From positions 6,249,422-6,313,421 of the forward strand of contig NW_003526941.1 of the NCBI RefSeq assembly GCF_000181795.1: 64,000 nt of DNA. Direction: 5' to 3'. The notes under the pieces are model-generated. The model was not told the DNA's origin and ran no database searches. It was given only the letters and a program-made list of their open reading frames with translations. Source of the stretch: Trichinella spiralis. Lineage: Eukaryota. The position numbers and the translations under genes are program-made. Positions 12,781 to 26,210 of this stretch are shown one piece after another (the first letter of the stretch is position 1; every line of letters starts with the position of its first letter).

Positions 12781-15700
12781 CTTTTTTTTTTGATTTTTGC
12801 TTTCACTTTTCGATATTTCTGAAACATATAACAACAATAAAAAGCAAAATTTGAACCTGATCTGTTTTCAATATATGGCAAACATTTTTCATAAAATTCC
12901 GGATATTTCACGTGGAGAAAAAAGTTGAAACAGTTCGATTTTGCTTCTTTTTTCATTCGCTCTGCGCTATCCCATTTCACTCGACTAGCCTGAAAAGTAA
13001 ACATCTGTGCCCTTTTATTCAAATATCAAATTTAGCCATTGCCATAATTGTACCCTACCCTGAATGAAAATCACTCGATGATGATGAGAAAACAAAAACA
13101 ATTTAAAAATCATAAAAGCTTAGAAAATTAATTTTAAAAAATTCGACTCATATCGATTTGACTAAATGAATTGTGAATAAATAAAAAATAGATATATTTA
13201 AAAGTATTTATGTATTTATTGTGTTATCAATTTTCAAGGCAAACAAAAAGGAACGTCAACAATTTCGACCAGTATAATGAACCAACCAACAGTAGTAAAA
13301 TCATCCATCCCAAGAAACATAATTATATTTTCATCACATAAATTAAAAAACAGTGTCCAATTGCTAAAAATAAATGAATATACATAAATAAATATGTATA
13401 TAGTCGTATCAAATGACACAGCGACTGCGCCTCAGGAGGCGGTGGTGAAGACTTCGGCCAACTTTTGGCCAGCTTCTCGTCATTTTTTTCATTCTGTAAA
13501 TTTTGTACTTTCAGAAATGCCAATCATTTTGGCCTAAAAAGAGCTCATAAATGCACAAAAACATCGCTTCTGTTCAATTTTCTCTTTTCTGATAAATTAT
13601 ATTTCATTCTACCAATCGTTCTCTTCCTCAACCATGAACAACAACAACAACTACAACACCCATGCACATTTTGCATGTGCGCATTTAAATTTAAATAAAA
13701 ATCACAATACTGAAAAAGCTTCATTTTTTTCCATTATAAGTTATATGATAAAATTAAATCAATAGTGCCAAAAATGAAATGAAGTTTTTTTATCGTTTGC
13801 AATTAAACATTCCATCATAAAAGCACGGTGACTGACTAACCTGTAGATTTGATGATCCTTTTGCACTCTTTTGCGACGATTTACCTTGCACTTGCTTGTG
13901 GTCATTGCTGCGTAACTGCAAGAAAAATTCATCAGACAAAAAAATGATCGCTAACAAAATTCATAAAAAACAAAAGAAAGAAAAAACATACACCAGCTTT
14001 ATCTTTGAATTTTTTACCGTCAATATGAGCACCTGATTTGTTCGCATTTTTCTAAAATACAGTACGTTTTTCACATTGAAAATATTATTGTTAATTTAAA
14101 CCTACCTGCACCAATTTCATACTGTCATGCTGAGCGTGAAACGGTGATTGAATAACCGTTGTGTCTTCATTCAAAGAAGCCTACAATAATAACTACATGA
14201 TTGTTGAACATAATTTGAACAAAAAACGCTTAATTTATTCACAACTACATTATAAAAATCCATTACCGTTTGTTGTTTCATTCTTGCTTTAACGTTCTTA
14301 TTTGTTAATTCATCTACTTTCATCTGCAATAAAATCATGATAATTGAACAATTTAATGAATCAACACAGGAATATATATACATATATAATCAAAAAAAGA
14401 ACAATTCTACCTGCTGCTGCTCCTTTGCATTCTTCAATTTCGCTGTGGATGAACCATTCTGCACTTTTAATACGGCCGCCGAATAATTCTACACAAATAT
14501 CATCAAAGAATAAATTGATATATTTTCAAAAATTAAAAAAAATCAATAAATTAAGCAAAATTAATTCAACTTCAAACTAACCGCGCTAGTTTTAGCAGAA
14601 TATTCAACATTCCCAGCAGTGTGCGCATCCTTACTGCCTGGTAGCGATAGGAATTCCACCATATCTGCATTATTTGGCATCTTCTTCGTTTCCTACATAA
14701 CTTTTAACATTGAAACAACGCTGTAAATTACTATAATTCAAATTTACGTTCACAGTCACATCAATTTTCACAACATCACGAGACTTAGACTGTAGCTTGC
14801 TTTTAAAACCCTGAACAAATACAACAAAGATACAAAAAATAATTTAAATAAACAAAAATAATCTTCTTTACCAATAATGGCATGCCAGTAGTGTTACACA
14901 TACTGTTTTCATTCACCAATGGTGGAAAGTCAGCATCACGGTTCATCATGGTTAAATTTATTTTCTAAATAAAAATTAAAATAAAGCTGCTTTCAACCGT
15001 ACAATGATTGATGCTAAAAGACCAACCGCATTTTTCGCTTTTGTTTTACTACTACCTGCTTCATTATGCTTCTCTTCGATAGGTTCCTAATTTCAAAAGT
15101 TTTTTTTTAAAAAAAAAACTGCTTTTCCGAATGATGTGAAATGAACAAACGTTCAAATTATAAATTTTCATAAATTATTACCAACAAAAATTTTGTCTTC
15201 GATCGAGATTGGTGTGCTTCTGATGGTTGATTTGCTTTTAAATTCTTCAACACTGCCGGTTCCTTAAAATAAATTTAACATAAACGACAAATTTTAATTA
15301 TTATTTTGCAACTTACCTTCTTCGGTTCTGCCACTTGCTTGGAAAGCTTATTTGTCGAAGACCACTGAATCCATGGTTCACCTCTATTGCACTTCTGAAT
15401 CAACTGAACCAATTAAAGAGAAGAAATAATTAAAATTATTTCTCAACATACCGAATCTTTTACAGGAAGTTCAGGAAATTCATTTTCATATTGTGATGGT
15501 GGTTGTTCTGCTTTCTAAACACAATCATGCGATTCTATTGACACAATTTTGAATTCACAAAAATGTTCATTCAATTACTGCATATTAAGATTTACATTAG
15601 ATATAACTTTGCTACGGATTCTTATACAACTACCAAGCACCTCAAGAAATGACCCGCCGTTCCCCAGTAATTTTGATGCTTAAACTGTTTCGAGAGCAGA

Positions 15701-16115
15701 AAGTTCGAGAAACAAATTTCACCTCAAAAAATTCAGCCATTAAGTTGCTTAGCATTTGAATAGGAAGATTTCTCGAAATTTTCCTCTTCTTATGTAAGCT
15801 GCATTATTTTACAAAAAGCAAATTGAAATTTCACTTGCACACACTACAGATCTCACCTTTACAAGATCAGACGTGTTACCATTGCGAAACATTTGCTCAG
15901 CATCTGCTAACTAAACACAAATAAAAAAAATTCCAAATGTATTTCATCGTTTCAAATTTAATAATCAAGACCACCACAACAACCTCAGAAGAAGTGGAGC
16001 ATAAATGCTGATTTTCCATCAACTCTGAATTTGCTTTCGCAGCAGCCGATGATGTATGAGAAAGCAATTCAGTTTTTGCGCCCTGAAAGAAATGAATAAC
16101 ATTACACAAATTAAC

Positions 16116-16149
<34 letters not shown>

Positions 16150-18046
16150 GTGTAAAATAAAGAAAAAGAGAAGATCTGCTTAATTGATTGAAATACCTTG
16201 GAAAAGTCACATTTTTTCTTTCCTTTACGTTTATTACCGTTCACTGTAGACCACGGGGACCATTTGTCAGCAGTATCATCTACTACTACTACTGGTGCTA
16301 TCACAAATTCACAAAAATTAAACTTGCTGTAAACTCAATTTCAAATAAAACAAAAACAATAAAAATTGCAAATAAATAACTACATGAGCTAAATAAATGC
16401 CAAAAATTCAAATTCACTTTACCATCACTACTTGAAGATAGAGGTGGAAAATCATCAATAAGTGGAACCACTTCTTTGGACTTTTTCCAATTTTTCGTCA
16501 CTGCAGTTGAAGAATAATTATTATTCGACTGAACACCACTCGAGGAAGCTATATTGGGATTCAAATTTGGAAAGTCTTCGTTTTCCAAATGAAATGATTG
16601 CTGCACTGATGGCTGTTGCTGTATCCCTTTCTGCTTATTTTCGAGCAAAGCTTCCAAACTGAAATTACATTTATGAAAACAACAAGCATATATATATGTA
16701 GATAAAAGGGCTAACCGTCTTGAACGGCGCTTACTGCCAGCGTGCCAGTCTTGCTGGAATTCGCCATGCAATTCAAGTAGGTGGCGATTCTCACGAGTGA
16801 GATATCTGCCCATCGTTTCGGAATGGTTGGAATTCTAAATTTCCAAATTCAAGAGAAAAAACCAAAGTTAACAATTAATAAAAGTTCTCTACCAAATGAC
16901 ACTGATAGTCAACTTTATTTTCAAACACCACACCGTACGGTGCATTTGCACAATTATCAATTTCACAAAGAAAATGTTCACTTCTAAAATGATCTTTCAA
17001 CGCATCAAGTGTGCTAAAAGAAAACAATAAATCATCAATTTTCAAAATTTGATAAAAAATAACCTGGCGTTTATTTGTCATTATGAAATAATGAAAAACA
17101 GTACTCCTATCACTTACGGGAAGAAATCATTCATGCTGTTACTGGAGCAAAAATGGCAGAAATGGTGGGCAGTGCGACAGTGTCTAAATAAAATTCCAAA
17201 TTTAATACATCAAAAACGTAGAATAAATATGATGCAAACCGAAACAGCATATCGGCGTCAAAATAACGTTCATCGCAAAACTTGCACAAAGGATGCCCAC
17301 GTTCACCGAGCTTTTTGTCATCCCCAATACGACGATGCCTTGCCAATGCGGCTCTTGTAAAAAACTGCCTCTCCTCAGAAAATAACTAAACGACAATTAT
17401 TATTGCAAAATTGGCTACACAGAAAATGCAAAAAAGTTAAAAATCTGTACTGTCAAATTAACAGTACAAATGTCGCAAGGAAATCTTTCGTGCTGATGGC
17501 GCATATGTACTTCCAAATGGCGAAACGTTGGAAATACCATTCTGCAAGTAACAACAATTTTTACTCGTTAAAACAAAACTGAATTCTACCTATTTTCGCA
17601 TATTTGGCAAACATGAGACAACAAATTGTCGGCAAACTGTTTCAGCTCTTGGTTTGTAAAAAAAATCCCTTTTTCCTCATATCTAATTCCAGTAACATGA
17701 GGAATATTGAGTACCTCAACAAACTTCGTCTTCTTTTTTCCATCACCAACAAATGCAATGACCTATACAATTTAATAATTAATTCGATTACATTTGCTCA
17801 GAAAACAATTTCCAATTGACAACATAAATTGTACGGGAACTCTACATGATAAAGCATGCTTTATTCGCATTTTACACAATTTACCTTTTCCATAACTACA
17901 CGACAAACTGGACATTCTTTGGAATCGTTTAGCATCATAATGCGAATAACACAAGTCAAGCAGACCGCATGATCACAACTACTGACGCAAAAATATTCCC
18001 GCTGCTCGAAGCAAATAATACACTGCAAACCGTCTTCCGCGGACAT
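12260..18046 (-). CDS. ZNF598: E3 ubiquitin ligase ZNF598/Hel2-like (ribosome quality control), many exons
   Basis: N-terminal RING CIICFE...SCDHAVCLTCVIR...CPVCR at 17890-18046. C2H2-like fingers including the ZNF598-typical GHPLCKFCDERYFDADML. Central low-complexity region with repeated (E/D)DFP motifs. C-terminal helical domain plus CHICSQVV...HVRLH finger in the last exon (12678-12260). Confidence 0.88.
12727..12778. repeat. (TA)n microsatellite in ZNF598 last intron
   Basis: About 26 perfect AT units. Confidence 0.95.
16116..16147. repeat. (AAT)n microsatellite, intronic
   Basis: About 10 AAT units. Confidence 0.9.
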
Positions 18047-19561
18047 TTCTAAAGAAGAAAACACACACTGAACGTTACACCTGTATATATGGGGGAAATT
18101 TATTGTACTTGATACACATCAGTGTTCTGTAATGAAATGCAGGTATAAATTTTACAAGTTCAAATAATAATAATTATAATAATAATAATGCAAAAGTGAT
18201 TGAAAATTTTAAGTGCATATGCAAATTACAATTGGCTTTTTTTAATTCGCTGTAAAATTTTACTTATAAAAGAAAAAAATTTTTTAACTTTTATTAAGAG
18301 ACAATAAAACAAGTTTTCCTCTTTTTCACCTCATACTTTAAAATAAAACTTTATTTTGTTAATTTCCGATAATTTCATTTAACAAAATAGTCAGAATCAT
18401 AAAAACAAATAAAAATACATATCACACTTTCAAACAATGCGTTTTATAATAAATTAGAAACAGTTTATTCTATCATTCAGGATAAAAAAATTTATAACAG
18501 TTTTTGCAAAACCGCTTTCACAAAAATGTGAACATATTTTTCTCAAGCTTACTCAGTCACAAATGAAAATAATCTATCCGATGCATAATTTTAACACAAC
18601 AATTTGTTTATCAATTTACCCATTTGTAAATGTAGGCTGATAGAATTAATACAAATATTATTAACAACTAGCTAAAGATGTCATTTCAAATGAACGCTAT
18701 CAAATATTAACAGCAAAGAAAGCAGAATAAATAAATAATTATAAAATGTAAAAACGTTTTTGCATATAAATACCAAGAAATTATTCATCATTTCCATATT
18801 ACAAAAAAAGAGAGAGGTCAGTTTAAAAACGTCACCTTCTTGTTTTTATGCACTTACTTTTTCAGTCGTCAAATTTTGCGTTCATCAAAGTAGTGACTGA
18901 AATTTAAAATTGCATTTGAACACTGTGCCATGACGCTGTTGATCATGACCTTTTTACACATTAACTAATTTGATAAGTGTCATTGCACGCTTGTAAAAGT
19001 ACCGACAAAAAGAATTGCACAAGTTTCAAATAATCAAATTGAACAATCACGACTTACTGTAGTAAGTTTCACAGGTTAACTGTAGATGTTCAAGTAGTGT
19101 TTTCAAAAATTCTGTTTACTCGCCACTGTTGTTCACGTACGTCACTGAATTATATTGTTTTTATTTGTCAACATATTAATTTCCAATTGGTTACGAAATC
19201 GAGTGCAAAGACCAATTTGAATTGGATATATATTTTATTTGCAAAACGACCATATGCACATATACAATGTACAATTACAACAATAAGAGATGTAGCTGCA
19301 CAACGGGCCTTCTTCAAGTGCAACATTCTGTTTCAAAACGCATTTTTAAATACATTTCGCCTTGCCAAGTGAACACCTACCTGATTGGTGAGCATCGGAT
19401 TATTACATCATGATCGTATCACATAACAAAAAATAATATATACACATTGCGGACTTTCACACGATTTTTATAAACAAAATATGTGAATAAACAAACGATT
19501 GCAAATAAAATTACATTTCATTTATTGTTTTTCAAGAAAAAAAAATCAACACTGACATTAT

Positions 19562-20183
19562 TTAAAATAAAACGGAAAGGTTGTCATTTGTATACGCAGC
19601 ACCCACTTTCTTCAAATCCTAAAATTCAAATTGAATTAGTATTTTACATTTTCAAACATTGTTCAGCACAAAAAATAATTTCCTTCCAAACCAGGCATTG
19701 CAACTTATACATTAAAGTAAATCAGAACTTATGCATAAATAAATAATGAAGTTAAACGCTCTGAACATTAATTATAAATTCATCAAATATAAATTAAACA
19801 ATTACTTGCAAATTCTTCTGAATTGCCTCCATCGCCGCTTTCTGTTGAGCCTTTTTCTGAGCTTCAGTTCCTTGTGGCAACACTGCAACTTTACCAAAAG
19901 CATCACTTTCTTTTTTCCACATTTCTTTCAAAAATTCAATTCTGCTTGCACTGCGTAAATAAAATAATTTTTGAATAAAATTTTTCACATTTCCCTTTTA
20001 TTCTATAAATATTTCGCAAAATTACGAAGAAACAAAAAAAAAACAAAAAGATAAGCATGTGTTAGTTTTCAAATTACTGTATTTTCAGAAAGAAGAGAAA
20101 AATAAAAAAAACAAAGCATATTATATATGTTTAAACAAAAATTCTTATATTTAAGAACGCTACCTGGAAAGTGAATCAGCCAT
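19562..20183 (-). CDS. Small hypothetical protein (~73 aa, predicted helical)
   Basis: In-frame exons 20183-20164, 19950-19806 and probably 19618-19562: MADSLSSASRIEFLKEMWKKESDAFGKVAVLPQGTEAQKKAQQKAAMEAIQKNLQDLKKVGAAYTNDNLSVLF*. Splice sites are canonical; the start and the last exon are uncertain; no family recognised. Confidence 0.4.
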
Positions 20184-22384
20184 GATTTTTTTTTCTAACT
20201 GAAATTGGTTTACTAAATTTTCGTATTCCTAAAAAGCAATATGAAAACTACAGTAATTGTATAACAGTGATGCAAAGTCGTTGATTCCATAATTTAAGCA
20301 AAACAAAATTCTCCATTGTTCACCTTCCTTTGAGCAGCGGGCATTGAGTTCTAAAATAAAAAGAACAACGAAACATTAAGAATTATTTATTATTTAAAAA
20401 TTTATTCATTTTTATTTGATAAATTATCATTAGAAGTAAGTGCTGAAATATTTCCAAAATAGTATTTGATATTTTTCTCTATTAAAAAACAACATTTTAA
20501 AATTCTCCCAAACTTACTATTATGAATGAAGCAGCAGTGCAGCTTACGAAGCAGAACGTAATGACAAATTTTAGAAAATTCATCTTCCAAATTCTGACTG
20601 AATCTATCGTCTTTTAACACTGTTTTAGTATATATACATGCAAATGGCGTTGGCATCATCGAAAAAAATATTGACAATGTTGTTTAAATAAATCCTGAAA
20701 AAGCTGTCGCGTTTTCTCAGCGTGTAATAATTTATCAAATAAAAATAAAAAGTCATGAAAATGTTTATTAACAAAACACATTTGAATAGTATGAGTAACG
20801 AATGCATTATTTAATTTACGAGAATAAACTTGATAACGCCTTATCATATGTCAACTCATTTTATGCATAAAAGAATTTCTTTTAATTCTGATGTAGTTAA
20901 AATCGACGAACTGCTGTTAGTAAGAACAGTATACATAATGGCAAATAAACTTCAATACACAATTTTCATTTAAATTATTATTAAGCGTAGTATTAGTCAG
21001 TACAAGCGCTCCTATTTCATTTATATGCTTCAAATTCAATTTCCCATAACTAATTGCCATCAAAATTGAAACTCAATTTTTGAATATATTATATAATTAC
21101 TGCACATAATTTATTATCGTTTAAAAATAAGTTGTATTAATTATTCTGTAAAAAATGAATAATTACATCTTATCCTTAATAATAGTAATGCGATTGTTTT
21201 GTTATAACCGTGGGGAAACTGTTTTCATTCCAGCGATTAAACAATGACAAAGAAACATCAGGTAAAATAAATGTTAGCGTTTGAATGTATGCGTACGTAG
21301 ACGTTAACCAACAGAACGCACAACGTCACATTGAGCAGCGGAAATTCTTGCATTCTAAACACGGCTGGGATGTAGATAAGAAAAGGAGAGCTGTGACGTA
21401 ATCCAGCATGTTATACAATGCCTGTATGGTTGGAAAGGTGAATGATATTTGTGAATAGCAAAATAATTTTAATTATAAAAAAAGAAAAATAAAATTTACT
21501 CAGGTTTAACATTCCAAATGTTCAAGCGACGCAATTTTTGAAGTTGAAATCAAACCAGCAATTTTCGTCAACGTTTCAATTCATTTCCGGGTACTGTAGA
21601 ATGAAAATTTAGTTTGTTCGTTTTCAAATTCTCTACAATTATAAGTGCCGACACATACAGTTGTCATCCCAGTTGTTTGAATTTCATTTGCCGCTTTTTT
21701 CTGCTTTTTACGGACGGAATTGATTGATAAACCTGTCCAACCGCTTGATGATCAAGAAATTGTTGCATTCATTGCTTGCCTCCTTAACTGTACTGATTAC
21801 TGGCTTCCGTTGGAATGATACAGGCACCTTGCAGGGTACATTCAACACAAACAGTCCAAGTTTGATACAGCCGTGAATGGACAGTAGCTGCAGAACAATG
21901 TAATAAATTGTTTGTTTTAGATCACAGTCAATACTGTTTTGTCAACTGAACGCCATCTATTCATGATTCACCGAAGCAGTCGATCACTGCGGATACGTCG
22001 TTAACCAGTGAACAGAGAGAGCCGAACTTTTCAAATCCAGGCGCTGTGACCATCCGTACGAACAAGCATGCATCCACACTCTCAAAAAAGACAGATCATA
22101 ACAAGCCGAAAATAATAATGTCCATCTTATTAGACCTGGCTTCGACTCATGCGTTACACTCTATAATGCTAATTATAACCGCCTTGCACTGCTTGTTTAA
22201 ATTCGCTGCCAACAGCGTTTAACCTTTTGATTAAAAAACAAATTTTTGCATTGTAAATTTTAAATTGTTCTTAAACAGTCAATAACAGCAACATTATTAA
22301 CTTAAAAAATGAAAAAGAAAATTTCAAAGTACGTTTTTATTCACTCGATCCCTCTGAACAAAAATAGCAATTCAATAATGCTGC

Positions 22385-23639
22385 TTAATCGTTATCTCTG
22401 TCTGATTTATCAGGTCTTGCACCACGCAGGCGACCAGTACGACGCGCAGCAATTAGACCAACCTAAGCAAAAATAATCAATCAAAATACTGTTTTCTAAA
22501 TGCACAATTATGATAAATAACTTACCTTCCGGCCATGGGATGCATCCCGACGGATTGTTGACGGTTTACCAATGTGTTGGTGATTACCACCACCAAATGG
22601 ATGATCCACGGGCTAAAAACAAAAGTGCAATTGGGTCAACTGGAATTGCAAATGAAAGATAAATCTTGAAAAATTTTACATTCATAGCAACACCACGAAC
22701 ACGAGGCCAACAGTGACGCTTAGCCTTGTATTTCCAATATGCACGACCAGCCTTCAGTATCGGCTTATCAGTTCGTCCTCCACCAGCAACAATTCCTAAA
22801 AATAATCAAATAAAAAAAACAATAAAAACAAACAAAAAACAACACGTATACCAATCATAGCTCGATTTGTAGATGGAACTAATTTTTTCGCGCCAGACGG
22901 AAGACGTATTCGTGTTTTCTTTATATCTGGGTTGTGGGCGACCACCGTGGCGTAGTTCCCTACAAAAAATTAAACAAGTTTGTTAATAAAAATAACAAAC
23001 AAAAATTCATTAAAATGCGCAATAAAATGAAAAGCTGCTCTAAAGTGTATTAATGTACAGCTGGAAATACCAGAAGAAACGTAAAGAAGCTAAAACTGCA
23101 TACCAGAAGTTCGAGCAAGACGACCACGATCGCCAGATTTCTCTTCCACATTGCAAATTATCGTACCTTCTGGACAGGAACTGAGCGGCAACACATTACC
23201 AATGCTAACTAACGCTAAAAATTACAAAACGAAAATCACATTCACAACAAACACGCCATAAAACTATACATTGTACCTTTACGTCCACAGTATACAAATT
23301 GCCCAGTGTACATTCCTTCGCAAGCAATCATGGTTTCTTTTCTTTTTCCATACTTGTACAAGTTTCGAAAATGGACGATTGCCAACGGAGCTCCCCTTCC
23401 TGGATCATGAATAATGTCCTACAAGCGATTTACATTAAAAATCAAAAAAATGTTACTTAAAATTAATGATATAAATAAGAATAAAATAAATTCGAAATTA
23501 CCTTAACGACACCTCGAATGTAGCCATGTCTTTCGGCAAAGTCAATGGCACGCAACTTCGCAGCTCCTTTACGATGTTTGGTATGAGCACGAAAGCCTGT
23601 GCTAGAACCTTTACGCTGTGCACGAATTCGGCGTCCCAT
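22385..23639 (-). CDS. RPL8: 60S ribosomal protein L8 (uL2)
   Basis: Seven exons translate to [11 protein letters not shown]...[13 protein letters not shown]...[20 protein letters not shown]...RLPSG...[14 protein letters not shown]...[25 protein letters not shown]...[10 protein letters not shown]...*. Not caught by the ORF track because the exons are short. Confidence 0.97.
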
Positions 23640-24713
23640 TTTTTCCTAAAAATTTTCTCATTGCTAATAAAATAATTTAAAACATACAATATATGCACGA
23701 CAACAGAATAAAGCAATAAAAGCAAAACACGAAAAGCTATTAATTAAACTCATTTTGAAACTGCTGAAAATCTTATGGAAATGTATCACTTCAAACCAAA
23801 TTTACACGTTCAATGAAGAAAACAAATGTCCATTTCAAATGGAAAATTAATTAAGAAAACAAATTTGCACATCAATACAGTAGGAACGCCACACTCAACA
23901 AGTCAGTAAAAGATGTTCAGGTGCAAATCAATATTCTGTGATCAAAAAATATTATATTAATTATCAATGTAAAATATCATATACCTTAAATAAGTTATAT
24001 TTATTTAAATTTATATAAATCATTCAACAAAAACTCAATCTAAATATATTTTACCGTATCTGTGAAGTATGGTGCATTGAAGTAAAATGCAAGTACGAAC
24101 AGTAGTAACGTACGCAAATTGAATAAAAAAAGAAGTTTGTTACATACAGTCAATTTCAGTCTGAAATTTTATTTTTTATACAAGCAATTTAATTGTTAAA
24201 ACTTAATAAATGAGTTTTGTTTCAGTTTACAAGTATGAACAAGAAATACAAAATTTACAAGACGAACAACACGCGTATTCGAATTGCAATGGAATTAACA
24301 TTGTACAGTGCACACGTATACACCGGGTTTGTTCAATTCGTTATGCTATAAAATAAAATTTTGTTTTTGGAAAAAAAATTCCCATTTTTACGCCGTTCGT
24401 TGAAGGGGTGAAAAGGACAGAAAAAGTAGGATACAGTCAATTGATTAATTGCAATTGATCGTTCAAAGAGAAAAATCATCTCAACCAACTTCGTACTGCT
24501 CATCAAAGATCACAACACAAAATACATCTGTCAATTTTTGCGTATTTGAACATTTTTTTTCAACATTCGTGTTACACAAACAAACAAAAACAGCAGTTCA
24601 ACACAACTCAGTGGGCCGGTTCTTTTTGTCCTTTTAAATTTCAATGACGACTGTCCAGTCTGAATGATTAGTATAGCGATGGAAATAACAAATGCGGATG
24701 GAAATGGTTGATT

Positions 24714-26210
24714 TCAACGAATCAAAGATAGAAACTCTTCTCGAGTTTTCACATCCTGCTGAAAAGTTCCCAACATGCAGCTGGTTGTAGTTTTGGCGGA
24801 GTACTTTTGCACACCTCGCATCACCATGCACATGTGACTGAAATTGAACATAAAATTCAAAACTGCGTAAACTGCGCATCATCTCTTGCAGTGATTTGCT
24901 GGCTCAATGTACCTGGCTTCAATGACCACTCCCACGCCGGACGGTTGTACCGCTTCGACAACGGCATTAGCAATTTGCTTAGTCAAACGTTCCTGAACTA
25001 TAACAACGTTGGAAAAAGAATCTGTATGGCTGTTGTGTTTTGATTAAAAGTAAATTAATCAATTTTCAATAAATAAAACCTTGCAAACGACGACTGTACA
25101 TTTCAACAATGCGCGCCAATTTGCTCAGACCGAGAATTTTTTTGTTGGGCAAATAGCCGATCGAAACGCGGCCAATGAACGGTATCAAATGATGCTCGCA
25201 CATGGAAAACATTTCAATATCACGAACAATAACCATTTCATCATGATCTTCGTCAAAAACTGCGTCATTCAAAACTTCTAAATTAAATTGATGAAATTAG
25301 ATCATAAATTTCATTTAAAATAAATCAAGAGAAAAAGATTTTTCATTATTATAACGTACAGAAAAAAAACAAAAGAGCATGTCACTCACCATCATGTCAT
25401 GATCAAGTTATGCAGGATAATTATTTTCCTGATCAACTTGCAAAAATAATTTTCCCCCAAATCTGGTTACACTAATTTTATTTATAAATTTAATAAATTG
25501 TTGTTGTTACAGCTTTAATTAATTAATTATTTATTTATTTTGGCTCACTTGTCAAATCAGTACTGTATCCGGTTGTGAAGAAAAGCATCGCTTGGGCAGC
25601 TCTTTGAGGTGTTTTCTGAAGACCATCTCGGTGGCAATCTTCGCCGACGAGTTTCAAAATTTGCTCATAACAAGCTGCCAGATCGTTCTGAATTTCCTGT
25701 TCAGATCGTTGCTCCACGTTGAGAAAAGTCGACTTCTGATCATTATCTGCAGCTGAATGCAGGCCGTTACTCGAGTCGACGACCATAGAACGCTTCCCTA
25801 TACAAAACATGCTAATTAACCAAATCAGCAACAGGTCATTTAATAAAAATAATAATAATAATTCATCTATATAAATTTTCCACAAAACATTCATTAAACA
25901 CTAACTTTTTTTAAACCTCAACAAACAACACAACCAACACAGTTGATAAAAAATGAATACACTGAATTGCAAACAGTGGAAAATTAAATCGATTCAATCA
26001 CGCATGCATAAATATGTATACACGACGACGTATAATTATATATTAATGAAACAATATTTTGTAAGATTATTTGTTTAAAATAAAATTACATACTTTTCCC
26101 AAGATTAACAATAAAATGACAAACTTACCAAATGCATTAGTCAATGAACTACTACTCCGACTTGAGTCACCAACTCGAACAACAGCTCTGACGGAACGAT
26201 TGTCGAACAT
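24714..26210 (-). CDS. GCH1: GTP cyclohydrolase I
   Basis: Five exons carrying [64 protein letters not shown] and [11 protein letters not shown]...[10 protein letters not shown]. Likely first exon 26210-26129 (MFDNRSV...). Confidence 0.95.
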
